From Octopus bimaculoides (Eukaryota), in contig NC_068986.1 of assembly GCF_001194135.2 (NCBI RefSeq), forward strand, positions 83,843,066 to 83,907,065: 64,000 bases of DNA, given 5' to 3'. Of this stretch, positions 12,811 to 23,587 are shown one piece after another. Every line of letters starts with the position of its first letter. Position 1 is the first letter of the stretch. Made by a program: the position numbers and the translations under genes. The notes under the pieces were generated by a model. It was not told the DNA's origin and did no database searches. It saw only the letters and a list, made by a program, of their open reading frames with translations.

Positions 12811-13150
12811 GGCACCCTTATTAGCCCACTATATATAGCTTTATTGATTGTGAGTCTCCTAGCTCATTGGTTTATAGGGGCACTACCGAAGACTTCATTA
12901 TCATGTGGTATATTTCGAGTTAAGTTAAAAATTTTAGATCTCTAACTCCTCTGTTGGCCATACCAACAGAAGATGAACTCAGCACAAGCTAGTAAAAAAA
13001 CCCCAATAAAACAAACAACTTGGCAGTGTTACAAGGGTGACAATATTCTAGAACTGTTTTAACTATCTTACCTTTTCTTTCACCAACTCTCTTTCAATGT
13101 CTCCATGCTATGATGCAACATCATTTCATACCATTTTTAATGTGTATATA

Positions 13151-14013
13151 TATGAGGTTTGATCAATAAGTATCCTGACTGTTGCCATAGTAATGAAGCT
13201 AAAGCATGCAAAGTGAAGCTACTTGGCACAGATTGATCTTGAACTCTGCTGTGCATGTGCACTAAATTTTAATGGTCTACTTCACTTCTGTTGTTTACAG
13301 TAATGCTTGTAAGGAAGGTGTGTGGCATATGATCATTGCTTTGACCATGACAGAGAAAGTTGTCATGGTGATACCTGCTCAGAGGCCTACGCAAAGTTGC
13401 AGAAGTGTATGGAGAGGAGAGTATGAGGCGCACACTAGTGTACGAGTGGTTCAGACATTTCCAAGATGGCCGAAAAATATCGATATTGATGAATGTTCTG
13501 GGAAACCACAAACAGCAGAACTGAGAAAAAACATTGCAGATGTGCATGCAGCTGTGCAGAGAAATTGTTGAATTACCATTCATGAGTTATCAGAGGATGT
13601 GCAGATTAGTTATGGTTCAGTTCAGTCCATTATCACTGAAGATTTGGGTATGAGACATGTGTCTGCCAAAACTGCTTTCAGCTGACCAAAAAGACACTCG
13701 GGTTTCAGTTGCACAAGATCCCCTTGATTGTGTTGAGAATGATGTAAACTTTTTAAAAAGTTTGATTAGGCCTCTGGGCTGGTATTGCCAAGCTTTTGGC
13801 AAAATTTGATGCAGATTCTCTGCTCATCTTTCTGTTATGGTCAGTGCAATGATCACATGCTACACACATTCCTTCCAAGCATTGATGTACACAAGTGAAG
13901 TGAGCTAGAATGTTAAAACTTAGTGCACATGCACATCAGGGTTCAAGGTCAATCTGTGACAAGTGACTTCATAACAGTGGCACAGTCCGGATACTTATTG
14001 ATCATGCCATGTA
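13151..14013 (+). mobile_element. Non-autonomous mariner derivative with ~240-bp inverted repeats
   Basis: Decayed transposase N-terminus (YEWFRHFQDGRKNIDIDECSGKP…ITIHELSEDVQISYGSVQSIITEDLGMRHVSAK) stops before the catalytic domain. Ends: TA-tgaggtttgatcaataagtatcc and ggatacttattgatcatgccatg-TA. Confidence 0.88.
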
Positions 14014-16146
14014 TGTAATATCAGGCCAGCATAATTACTTCTGGTTACAAGTTTGATGTGGGCGACTACTTACCACAACACCACAACATTTTGATGTCTA
14101 TTGATATTATTATTGATGTTTTCCAGCTTTTTATGTTCTGAGTTCAAATTCCACCAAGGCAAACTTCACTTTTCATGTTTTCAGGGTTAGTAAAATAAGT
14201 ACTAACCCCTGCACCCCACCACCACCACCACCATGTTAGCCTTGTGTCAAAATTTAAAACCATTAATGTTATTGTTGATGTGTTTATGGCTAGCAAGCAG
14301 TTTATCATTAAATTGCATATAATTTTTTTAAAATGCTAAGATTTATATAGAAAACAAAGACCTGAAAATTATGCTGACAAATCTATTGCTCTCACCTTCT
14401 GTCCCCTCTGTTCACAGTAGCATGCCAAATTTTCTTGGCTCCCCACTCCTCCATGGGAACAGTGTCTTTCACTTTGAGAAGCACTGTTCTACAGAGTAAC
14501 TAATTTTTATTTTACAATCAACTATTTACAGTTAGATGGACAGATATTTGAGTTCAGTGTCTTATCACTGATATGGAAAAGACAACCAACTGTAAATATA
14601 GTTGCTCCAATAACTCATAAGAAAATGAACTAAATTGATATAAAACCATAGAACAGGATAAAATCTGAAATATGTCAAAAATGTTAATTCATTGTTAGCT
14701 GTTCATTGTATTTGTGTCGTGTTCACAAACAAGACAAAGAGGGAGAGGTAGTGTTATCATGTAACTGATTTATCATGATATAACTGAAGTGAATATGTAA
14801 ACTTTAGTTAGTTTAGTTAACTTCAGACTAGTGACAACATGACAGCGCCAGGCTATATGGTAGAGAATGAATAATTCAGGGATGCATCTCCTCTAAACAA
14901 TTATACTTTACTATTTCACCACTATTTTAAAAGTAGGACGTAGTCTTACTGATGATGTCATAAGACCAATAACTGCCTAGTTTTTCTCTTGCACTTGCCA
15001 AAATAATGAAATTGATATTAGTAATTGACTAATTAAAATTTCTTTTTTTTCCTCTCGACATAATTATTTCTAGTTAACCTTTTAATGCTTCCTTTCTTAA
15101 GTATGGTAACACTAAGTTAATTACACAGTAGAGATTTTACAGTAGTTACCACCTGTAAAATTAAAGCCACATTGTGACTACATGTTAGCAGCAGTTTGTT
15201 TACTGTATGTTCTATAGCAAAAAGAAAGTGGTAAAGCAGAGTTTAAGGAAAGAGGGGGGGGGGAATGAGGCAGAAAAAATATTCAAGTGTTGACAAGTTC
15301 AAAGCAACTGGAATTATTGTATTAATAATAGAAGTTGCAGAGTTGAAACTTAGCTTAATGGTGAGCATTTGGTTGAAGGATATCAAGGAGTTTTCGAATA
15401 AAAACTTAAGGAAACAACAAAAACATATAGTGATTGCTAAGAACTGGATTGATACTTCACATTGATTTCATTTGCCAGCTATAATCTGGCAATCCTATTG
15501 ACAAACAGTAGCTGATAAAAAGTATGGTACTTACAAAATAGAATAAAGAAAAAGAAAATAAGAAAGAAAACTTTATCTTATTTTTCTGTTTTACATTCAT
15601 TTGCCACATTAGTATGGATGGCTGTTATTGCTGCTTATCCCTAGGGCAGCCATGATTTCACTGACCTATAATTAAATGTATTCTAGCAATGACCATCTCA
15701 TCATTTTTTTCCTTAGGCATAGTCTTTCTTTATCTGATATGCTTTATGTAACCATTAAAACAATTCTGTATTACATGTCTACAACAGCATAGCCATCTCT
15801 ATTGCACACTACATCTGATTTCTTTTACACCTAATTTTACTCTTTCCTTATCTGTGCCTCATCATTCATGCACACTGACATTACTCATCCAGCAGACCAT
15901 ACACATTTTGTTGCTTTCCAATCTACACACATTCTCTGCATTCAGTGCTTATGTTTCACCACCACACAACATTACAGTTCATACCCAAGCATTATAAAAT
16001 ATACTCTTTGCTTGGAGAGAGAATCCCTTTATTGTAGCAGCAGTAATAGCTCCTTGAATGTATTCCACCCAATTCTAATTCCTACTACTATATATATATG
16101 TTTTTTGTGAATTATCCCCTGTATATATATATATATATATACATAC

Positions 16147-17214
16147 ACAGGGGAGAATTCACAAAAAAACAAAAGACGAAGGCAGGTGGTGTAGAAAACA
16201 AACAGATGTATTAGTATAACGCTCGAGAAGTGAATAAGTCTTTAACATTTCGAGCCTACGCTCTTCCACAGAAAGAAACAAGGAGAGAAACACGGAGAGT
16301 AAAAGAAGGAATGTGTAGTGGCTAGCGATCTATCATGGCGAATGCCAGACAGAAGGGTCACCCAAGAGAGTTAGGAAGAGATAATAAAGTAGTAGTAATC
16401 CCAAAACGAAGGTGTGTATGTGTGTGTGTAAGAGAGTTCGTATGTGCTTGTGAAAGAAGGCTGGTGATCTTGACGTGTGCATGCGTATATGTGTAGGTGT
16501 GAAAATGTGGGGCTCGGAATTAGTCAGTGCTGGTGTGTGTGCGTGGTGGTGTGTTGTGATGTGATGCGTTGTGTGTTATGGTGTAGTGGTGTATAGTATA
16601 GTGTGATGGTGTTGGAAGGTGGGGTGGGCAAGAGTGGGGGAAAGCAAGGGTGGCATGTGAGTTAGGCTGAGGGTGGGGGTAAAGGTGGGGTATGTGGAAG
16701 TGGATGTAAGGGATGGGGTGGGATGGGAAGGATAGGGAAGGTGGGGTTGGAATGTGTAGGGGTGGGGTGGGCTTATGAGGGAGAGTTGATGGTGAAGGGG
16801 GGAAGGAGAAGGTGGGTAGGAGAGAGAAGAGAGAAAGAGAGTAAGAGTCAAGAGAAGTGTGTGTGCTAAATAAAATGAGACAACAAGGTGATATGAGCGA
16901 GTAAACCAGAGGGAAATAGTAGAGTTCAGTATAAGGAGTTATTTTGCAAAATGATAGATATAAGAAATATAAAGGAAATATAAGAGAATAAAAGCAAAAG
17001 TAAAAATATATGTAAGATGTTACAGTTGCAGTTCCATTATCTAAGGAAAGTGCTGTGTAGAATGGGTAGAAATGCCTCTTGTCCATGGTATGTAGATTCC
17101 AATAGGAGTTCATATTTTATTATTACAAGTGGATAGTGTGGAGACATAAGCTCCATGTGCTTAGATAATGGAACTGCAACTGTAACATCTTACATATATT
17201 TTTACTTTTACTTT
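16147..17214 (-). mobile_element. Probable Penelope-like element remnant (hammerhead-like motif plus inverted repeat)
   Basis: Minimal hammerhead-like fold at 16239-16276 (-) and a 55-bp inverted repeat 16991-17045/17160-17214. No RT or GIY-YIG recognised here. Confidence 0.45.
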
Positions 17215-17316
17215 CAAAGGGGTCTTGTAGTATGAATGTAATTTTGAGTACGTACTGGTAGGGGTAAGTAGATAGAGAGAAGAGAATAGATTTGTATGTA
17301 TACATTTATGTATATC

Positions 17317-17879
17317 GTTGTGTTTTGGGAGGGTCATTATGCCAATTATAATACACACACACATCACTTCTTTATTGTTAGTCAATCGGTAAATAATCTA
17401 CCCAAATAACTAATAGATTGTTTGCTTAATGTATTGCTTAAACAATAAACCAGTTGTTTGTTTGTCAAAGTCCTTATCAATGACATGCCTCCTCTCTTCA
17501 AGGTCTGCCTTGAATCTGAGAACTTGTCTTATGCCTGTATGTGTGTATGTAGATGTGTAGTTGCTTACAAGAGAAGGGAAGGATTAGAGTAACTTATGAA
17601 TATGCATACTCTTTGGTTACACATGCACACATGCAGACATGCACGTGCACACACACACGCACACACGAACACACACGCCCACATACACACACCACACATA
17701 GATACACAGACATACACAGGTGCACATGCATACATGCGTGCAGATATACATACAGGTGCTTGTCTATTAAAAAAACAGCTATACTACAAACAAGCAGGTA
17801 TATATGCACACATAAGCAAACATTCACACATTCACACAAACATATGCACTCACAGAACTGACTCAAATACACAACTAGA

Positions 17880-17912
<33 letters not shown>

Positions 17913-18447
17913 CTCTTCTCCATTCCCTTCCCCATGTAAGGAACTACAACCAAAAATCATTATGGGATGACAAGCAAATCCTAGCAGGTCTGAGGCTGAA
18001 CTGACCTTGAAAAAAGGCTGAACCCTTAAAGAGATCATAGATGACCGGTGCACACATACTCACAAACACATATACAAGCTGTCACATGAGAGTACACACT
18101 TAACCACACACATAACCACACAAACAACCACAGAAACACTCTTTGGTTACTCTCACCCTTCCCCATTCTTGGAAGTAACCACATATCTACATACACACAT
18201 GCATACATATACACAGGCATAAGGCCAACTCTCAGACAGACTCAAGGCAAACCTTGAAGAGAGGAGGAATGTCATAGATTAGGTTGCAAATAGTGACAAA
18301 CAACCGACTGGTTGTCTAACCAACACAACACATTAAGCAAATGATCAATTAGTTGGTTAGATATTTAACCAATTGATTAACAATAAAGAAGTGATATTGA
18401 ACCAGTGTGTGTTTATTATTAATGGCATAATGAACCACCTAGGACAC
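17317..18447. mobile_element. Fold-back element with ~290-bp diverged terminal inverted repeats and CA-rich interior
   Basis: 17317-17600 aligns to the reverse complement of 18130-18447 (shared tcattatgcc, atcacttctttattgtta, tttgcttaatgt, cctcctctcttcaagg, cttatgcctgt, gtgtgtatgtagat, agagtaac). Confidence 0.8.
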
Positions 18448-18509
18448 AAAATTTGTTTCAACTCATGAATTCACATCAAGAATCTTGTAAACCAAATACA
18501 AAAATGAAA

Positions 18510-19100
18510 CACCATATTTTCTGGTCGATAAAGTGCATCATATTTAAGCCGTAGGGCCGAATTTGGGGAATACTTTGGTTTTATCCACACATAAAGCACA
18601 CCAGTGTTTAAAGCACACTGGTGTTTAAAGCACACTGGTGTTTAAAGCTCATTGGTGTTTAAAATATCTATGGAGCTATGGGTCCGCAGCTGTCTTTTTT
18701 GTCGTTGATGTGTATGAAGTTTCAAAATGCCTCATTTTACAACTATGAGATGTATTGTTATTGTTACGATTTTATCTTATTATAGTCAACAACAAACACA
18801 TTTCGTCAATATTAAAATCTTTATTAGATTAAAAATAATATTACCAAAGTATGAAGGTAGAACAAAACAAATATGCTTTGTTTTCTTCCAGGCACCAATG
18901 TACTGTAGCAGTAGTCCTTCACATTGTTCACCAACTGACCTTTCCTCTGAAAAAATCAGTGGAATCAGTTGATCTCCATACACAAATTATTTTCCTCCTG
19001 AAACTTGTAAAAATACACACATTAGGTGCATCTTTCTATAAGCTGCACACTTAAATTTCCCAGGTAAAAAATAGCAGCTTAAACACTGGAAAATATGGTA
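18510..19100. mobile_element. Tc2/pogo-type non-autonomous DNA transposon
   Basis: Ends (c)accatattttctgg and ccagtgttt…ggaaaatatggTA, i.e. imperfect CCRTATTTTC TIRs. Subterminal gtgcatc motifs; no transposase. Confidence 0.7.
18592..18663. repeat. Tandem 17-bp repeat TAAAGCACACTGGTGTT x4
   Basis: Units at 18592, 18609, 18626 and 18643. Confidence 0.95.
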
Positions 19101-20431
19101 TATAATATAGACAACAAGTATGGAAATAAATTTTTACATTTATTCAGTGTATTCTTACACATATTTCATTAACAATAATATGTCATGTAAAGAAATACCT
19201 TATGAACAAGTTATATCATCAAATCTTCAGAGACTGTATAACAAATATAAAAAAAGTAAACACAACAATTGTGTTGAAGGATCTTCACTCAGTTTATGTA
19301 AGCTTATTTCTTCACATATCAACTAATCAAAAAATAGATAAAAAGAATGAGGCAGGATCTGTGTAGTCATTTGCCAAATCTCACTCAAATCACACATAAC
19401 CATCTGTGATGGTCAGTACTGGAATGTCTTTGATCATAGGTCTATCCAATCACGGCTAACCTTGGGTTAAGCTATAATAATATATTACATGGGTCACCCA
19501 ACTATGAAACAATTCCATCAGCGCTTCAAGAACATTTATGAATTAGAAGAATTATCCTACCCATCATATTGAAAACACAAGATATAAAAAGGATTAAAAC
19601 AGCAACAACAGTGACGAAAACCAACAGTAAACTATTTTCACTCTCAGATAATGTAATGTACAACTGTACCTAAGTTCAACATATGCAACCTTCTACAATA
19701 TAACCTAACTGGGTACATATAAACATACTCAGTTAGAGTGACCTTGCACAATCTACAGACTGCCATTTAAAAATACTTTCTATTTTAGCCTGGCTATTAT
19801 TTATCTATATATTTATTTATTTATTTGAAAAACTATTTTCAGTCTTCTTTTGTTTTGTGCCCCCCACCCCCACCCACCGCACACTGTTACAAGCACAACT
19901 TCCATTACTATTCTTCTATCACCACTGCTACTGCCATGGCCACTTCCACCTTAAATTACTAGTAGTTGAAGTATGCAAGTGCTACTCTGTTTTACATGTT
20001 GTGTGTGTGTGTGTTTGAAGTTGTTGATGTTAATAAAATGTTAAACTGCTTAAATATAGTATAGGAACGAAAATGGTACTGGTATGCTTATTTGTCTGGT
20101 ACTATTTAGTGCAGTTGTGCCAAAAATAGTCTATAGCATTAGTTAATATATACTGATTCAGCACCATAGAATTGTAACTCAAAACTTGTCATTTCTCTGG
20201 GAAATCACTAAGAAAAATTAGGAGTAGGTTGTGTTCTTTAGCAGTAAATGAGATCAGAGGCAGCAGACCTATGACATAATCATGTCAGCTATGTCTGTCC
20301 TGTCTTCTATTCAGACATAACATCATGTATTCAGAATTATATCTTGCAATGTATCCTTTCTTTTAGCTTTGCTAGGGGACCTATGATCAAAGATATTCCA
20401 GCCACGACTATTCCTTCTTTAATTCAGACTT

Positions 20432-20600
20432 GGGTGCAAGCATGGCTGTTTGGTCAAGAAGGTTGCTTTGCAACCACATAGTTTTGAGATCCGTCCCATC
20501 GTGTGCAACACCTTGGGCAAGTGTCTTCTTATAACCTTAAGCTGACCTATGCCATGTGAGTGAATTTAGTAGATGGAGACTGCGTGTATGTGTATGTGTG
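20432..20600 (+). mobile_element. SINE family A, 5' part, decayed
   Basis: gcatggctgtttggtcaagaag…ccttgggcaagtgtcttct…gtagatggagactg resembles 63037-63190. Confidence 0.7.
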
Positions 20601-21619
20601 TGTGTTTGTGTAGCTAACTATGTGGGCATGTGCATGTAGGTGGCGGGGTGTCTGCATGCACATGTGTTTATGTGTTAGATTACATTTGTGTTTCTGAAAA
20701 TTGCTGTGCTGCATGCATTGGCATTGCTGTCATTTCCACTATCAACAAATTTTGCTGGCACTGCTCTTTCAAAGAAATGTGAAATAAGAGAGCCCTTACT
20801 TGCTTACTTGAAAAACAGGTAAGGGTTAATGACTAAAGAGTACCCAGTTGTAAAACAGAGCCTTGGTAATATATACTTGTTGAAACCATGTTAGCACAGA
20901 ATAATAGACATTGAAATGAATGAATGAATTCCTTCTCTTTCTTAAGATAGTGAGATGTGATTTTAGAGAGATTCAGTGGTACATATACTGAAATTGGAAC
21001 ATGCAGAAGATTAGGCAAAGATTATGTACAAGTTAGACGCTGACAGCAGTTATAGGTTGGCATGCATAAACAATAGGGATTTACAGAATCATGCAGCATA
21101 ATGTAACAGTGAATTTTTGATGCTTTCAGCTTTTCCATCAACAATGTTAAAGGCAGCTTATTTTTTACCATAGCTCTATGCAAGCAAATTTCTGTGAAGC
21201 ATCAGAAGAGGTGAAGCCTCTTGTGTAGGAACTTGCTGCTAGTACACCTTTTGATTACCCAACTCTTTCCAACACTATCTCTTGCAATTGGAATTGTCAT
21301 TAGAACATTTATCCAAAGATTATGCCATGTGTGTGTATTTGTAAGTAGATATCTGTGTGTGTGTGCATGTATGTGTGTATCTATGTACAAACATGTGTAT
21401 ATAGATATGTATGTGTGAATATATATGTATGTGTGTGTGCGCATGAATGGGTATGTGTATTCTTTGCAGTGACAAGTTCAACGGAACATGGTGAGGTCAC
21501 TTAGAATAAAGAACTCAAAAATTAGAAGTCTGAATGACAAAACTTTAATCTAAAGCTGTGAATCCAATAAAATATAAAATCATTCAAGTACTAAGGTCAA
21601 TTATTATACCCAATTCTAC

Positions 21620-21880
21620 CAAGTTTATGATCTTAGGAATTTTTGTCCTTTCGGTTTAAATCCTGTTGGGATCAACTGTCTGTCATCCTTCTGGAGTCAA
21701 AAAAAGTAAAGTACAGGTCTTGAACCAGGGTCAGTAGTATCAACTAACGCATTCCCTTCAAAATTGCTGTGGTTGATGCAATTGACTAGCCCCCCCCCCC
21801 TTTCTGCTAAAAAAAATCAGGCCTTATGCCTATAGTTGAAAGGATTATTAATATTATCATTACTATCATCATCATCACCT
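21620..21880 (+). mobile_element. SINE family B copy about 220 bp upstream of exon 22099
   Basis: 3' end tcaggccttatgcctatagttgaaaggattatt matches the reverse complement of the 30748 copy. Confidence 0.7.
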
Positions 21881-22098
21881 TCATTTTTCTATAATAAGAC
21901 TTCATACCTTGGTAAAATTTTTGGGATTTATACAAAATCTGCAAAATAGCTTCTCCCTATACTGAAAATATTTTAGATGAATCTTTAGTGATTAATTGGC
22001 AATCTTGCATTATAATGTTTTGTTGTTCTCTTCCTTTAGATAAATCTTAGATTTCCGTGATGTTTTTTTCCCCTTTCTCTTCTTTGATATATTTTCAG

Positions 22099-22176
22099 AT
22101 TGTCATCTACCTTTCATATCAGAAAGCCTAACTTTTGAACGTTCCCTGAATAAAACTTCTGTAACAGAAGCTTCAG
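22099..22176 (+). CDS. NFAT5: NFAT5-like exon (DCHLPFISESLTFERSLNKTSVTEAS), 78 nt, phase 1-1
   Basis: Acceptor attttcag, donor CAG|gtaagg. Open frame links the flanking exons. Confidence 0.75.
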
Positions 22177-22362
22177 GTAAGGCTTATTTAATTACACTCA
22201 TTAGAGAAGAAAAACTTATATTTTTTTCATGGTGTAAGACGAAATAAAAAAAGTCCCCGAAACATAACAAAACAATTCAAAAAAAGATATATATTTAAAA
22301 TATAGCGAATGATAATGTTTCTAATTTTTGATAAATTATTAGTTTGCATTTGAATTTTTCAG

Positions 22363-23149
22363 AGTCACTAGGAAATCGAGCAAATCCAGTGTCATCAGGA
22401 TTGGTAGCAACTCCTGAGTTTATTACAGTATCTGGTTCAGATACTGCCTTTCAGTTGACTCCAACAAATGGTTTGCAGAGTTTCCAAGACATATCTGATG
22501 TGAATGATTCTTTGTTGGGAACAGTTGACACCAATGATATTTTACCACAGAACACGCTGCAAACGCAGGTTGATAGCCTTCTTGGAGGGGGCAATGATTT
22601 TTACATGTCATCTATGGACAACTTAGGAGGCAGCTTGCAGTCATCTTCATCTGATTATAAAAACCCTCATGATAGTGTGGTTATAATTAATTTGAGAGAT
22701 TATGAGAAAACCAGTGTGAGTTCATTATCAAGTCCTGGAACACCACCAGTCGATTCTCCGTCATCTCCCAATAACCTCATTATAGATGCAGATACACAGG
22801 CCTCGTTGATTCAGCGCTCTGAAAACCTGAACCTGGAAACGATAGATGCCAACTCATTAACTCCCAACATGAGTGGTACAAGTGTTTTGTGGGGGGTTTT
22901 AGATGAGAGTGCTGTTGATGAATTGCCATGTAAAGCTCATAAGCCTGATAAAAATTCCGATGCGCCTTCCAGTCTCAGAGCTACTCATACCTCGGAAAGT
23001 GAAACCTTGGATGCTGATCGAATCACTGCTATGACAGTAGCTGATTATACTATCTCAAAGATTGAACCTCAAACTTCAGGGGCTCAATTCACATTTGGTA
23101 CGCAGTCATTTGCCACATCAGTAACAAACACTGAGCTAAAGACCGCCAA
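22363..23149 (+). CDS. NFAT5: NFAT5-like large N-terminal exon (S/T/D-rich, 787 nt)
   Basis: Longest genuine ORF in the window (22344-23153). Acceptor tttttcag|22363 and donor AA|gtaagt; phase 2 joins the RHD exon as AAG (K). Confidence 0.88.
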
Positions 23150-23541
23150 GTAAGTATCACTAGAGGTAATTTATTATTATTATTATCATCATCATCATCC
23201 TATTTTCAAATTTAGTAATGAAAAACTGTTGATATTATCACCAAGTCCAAGCTTTCAGTGTATATATGTATACCAGAATAGTTTTATTTTAATGTCACTA
23301 TGAAGCAAAGGAGTGGTTTTTCAGTAAGTAGATTAAAATATCAATGATCTTCCTCTTCTAAACTGTCATGTTCTACAATCTCTTAATCCAACTTGTAACG
23401 ATCTTTCACTCATTCATTCACACTCTCTCTTACTCTCTCTTCCTCACTTCCTCCTTTTATCTCTCTCTCTCCCTCTCTTGATACACACACACACACACAC
23501 GTGTATACATATAAATATATATGTATCTATATATCTATCTA

Positions 23542-23587
<46 letters not shown>

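Noticed and set aside
15265-15465. 66-aa ORF with a good donor ATG|gtgagc at 15361
   Set aside because: Phase 0 does not match the phase-1 acceptor at 22099, and the phase-1 frame has a stop at 15351. A non-coding alternative exon cannot be excluded.
18592-18663. Regular 17-bp repeats resembling a CRISPR array
   Set aside because: No spacers, eukaryotic context and no cas genes; it is a tandem repeat inside a MITE.
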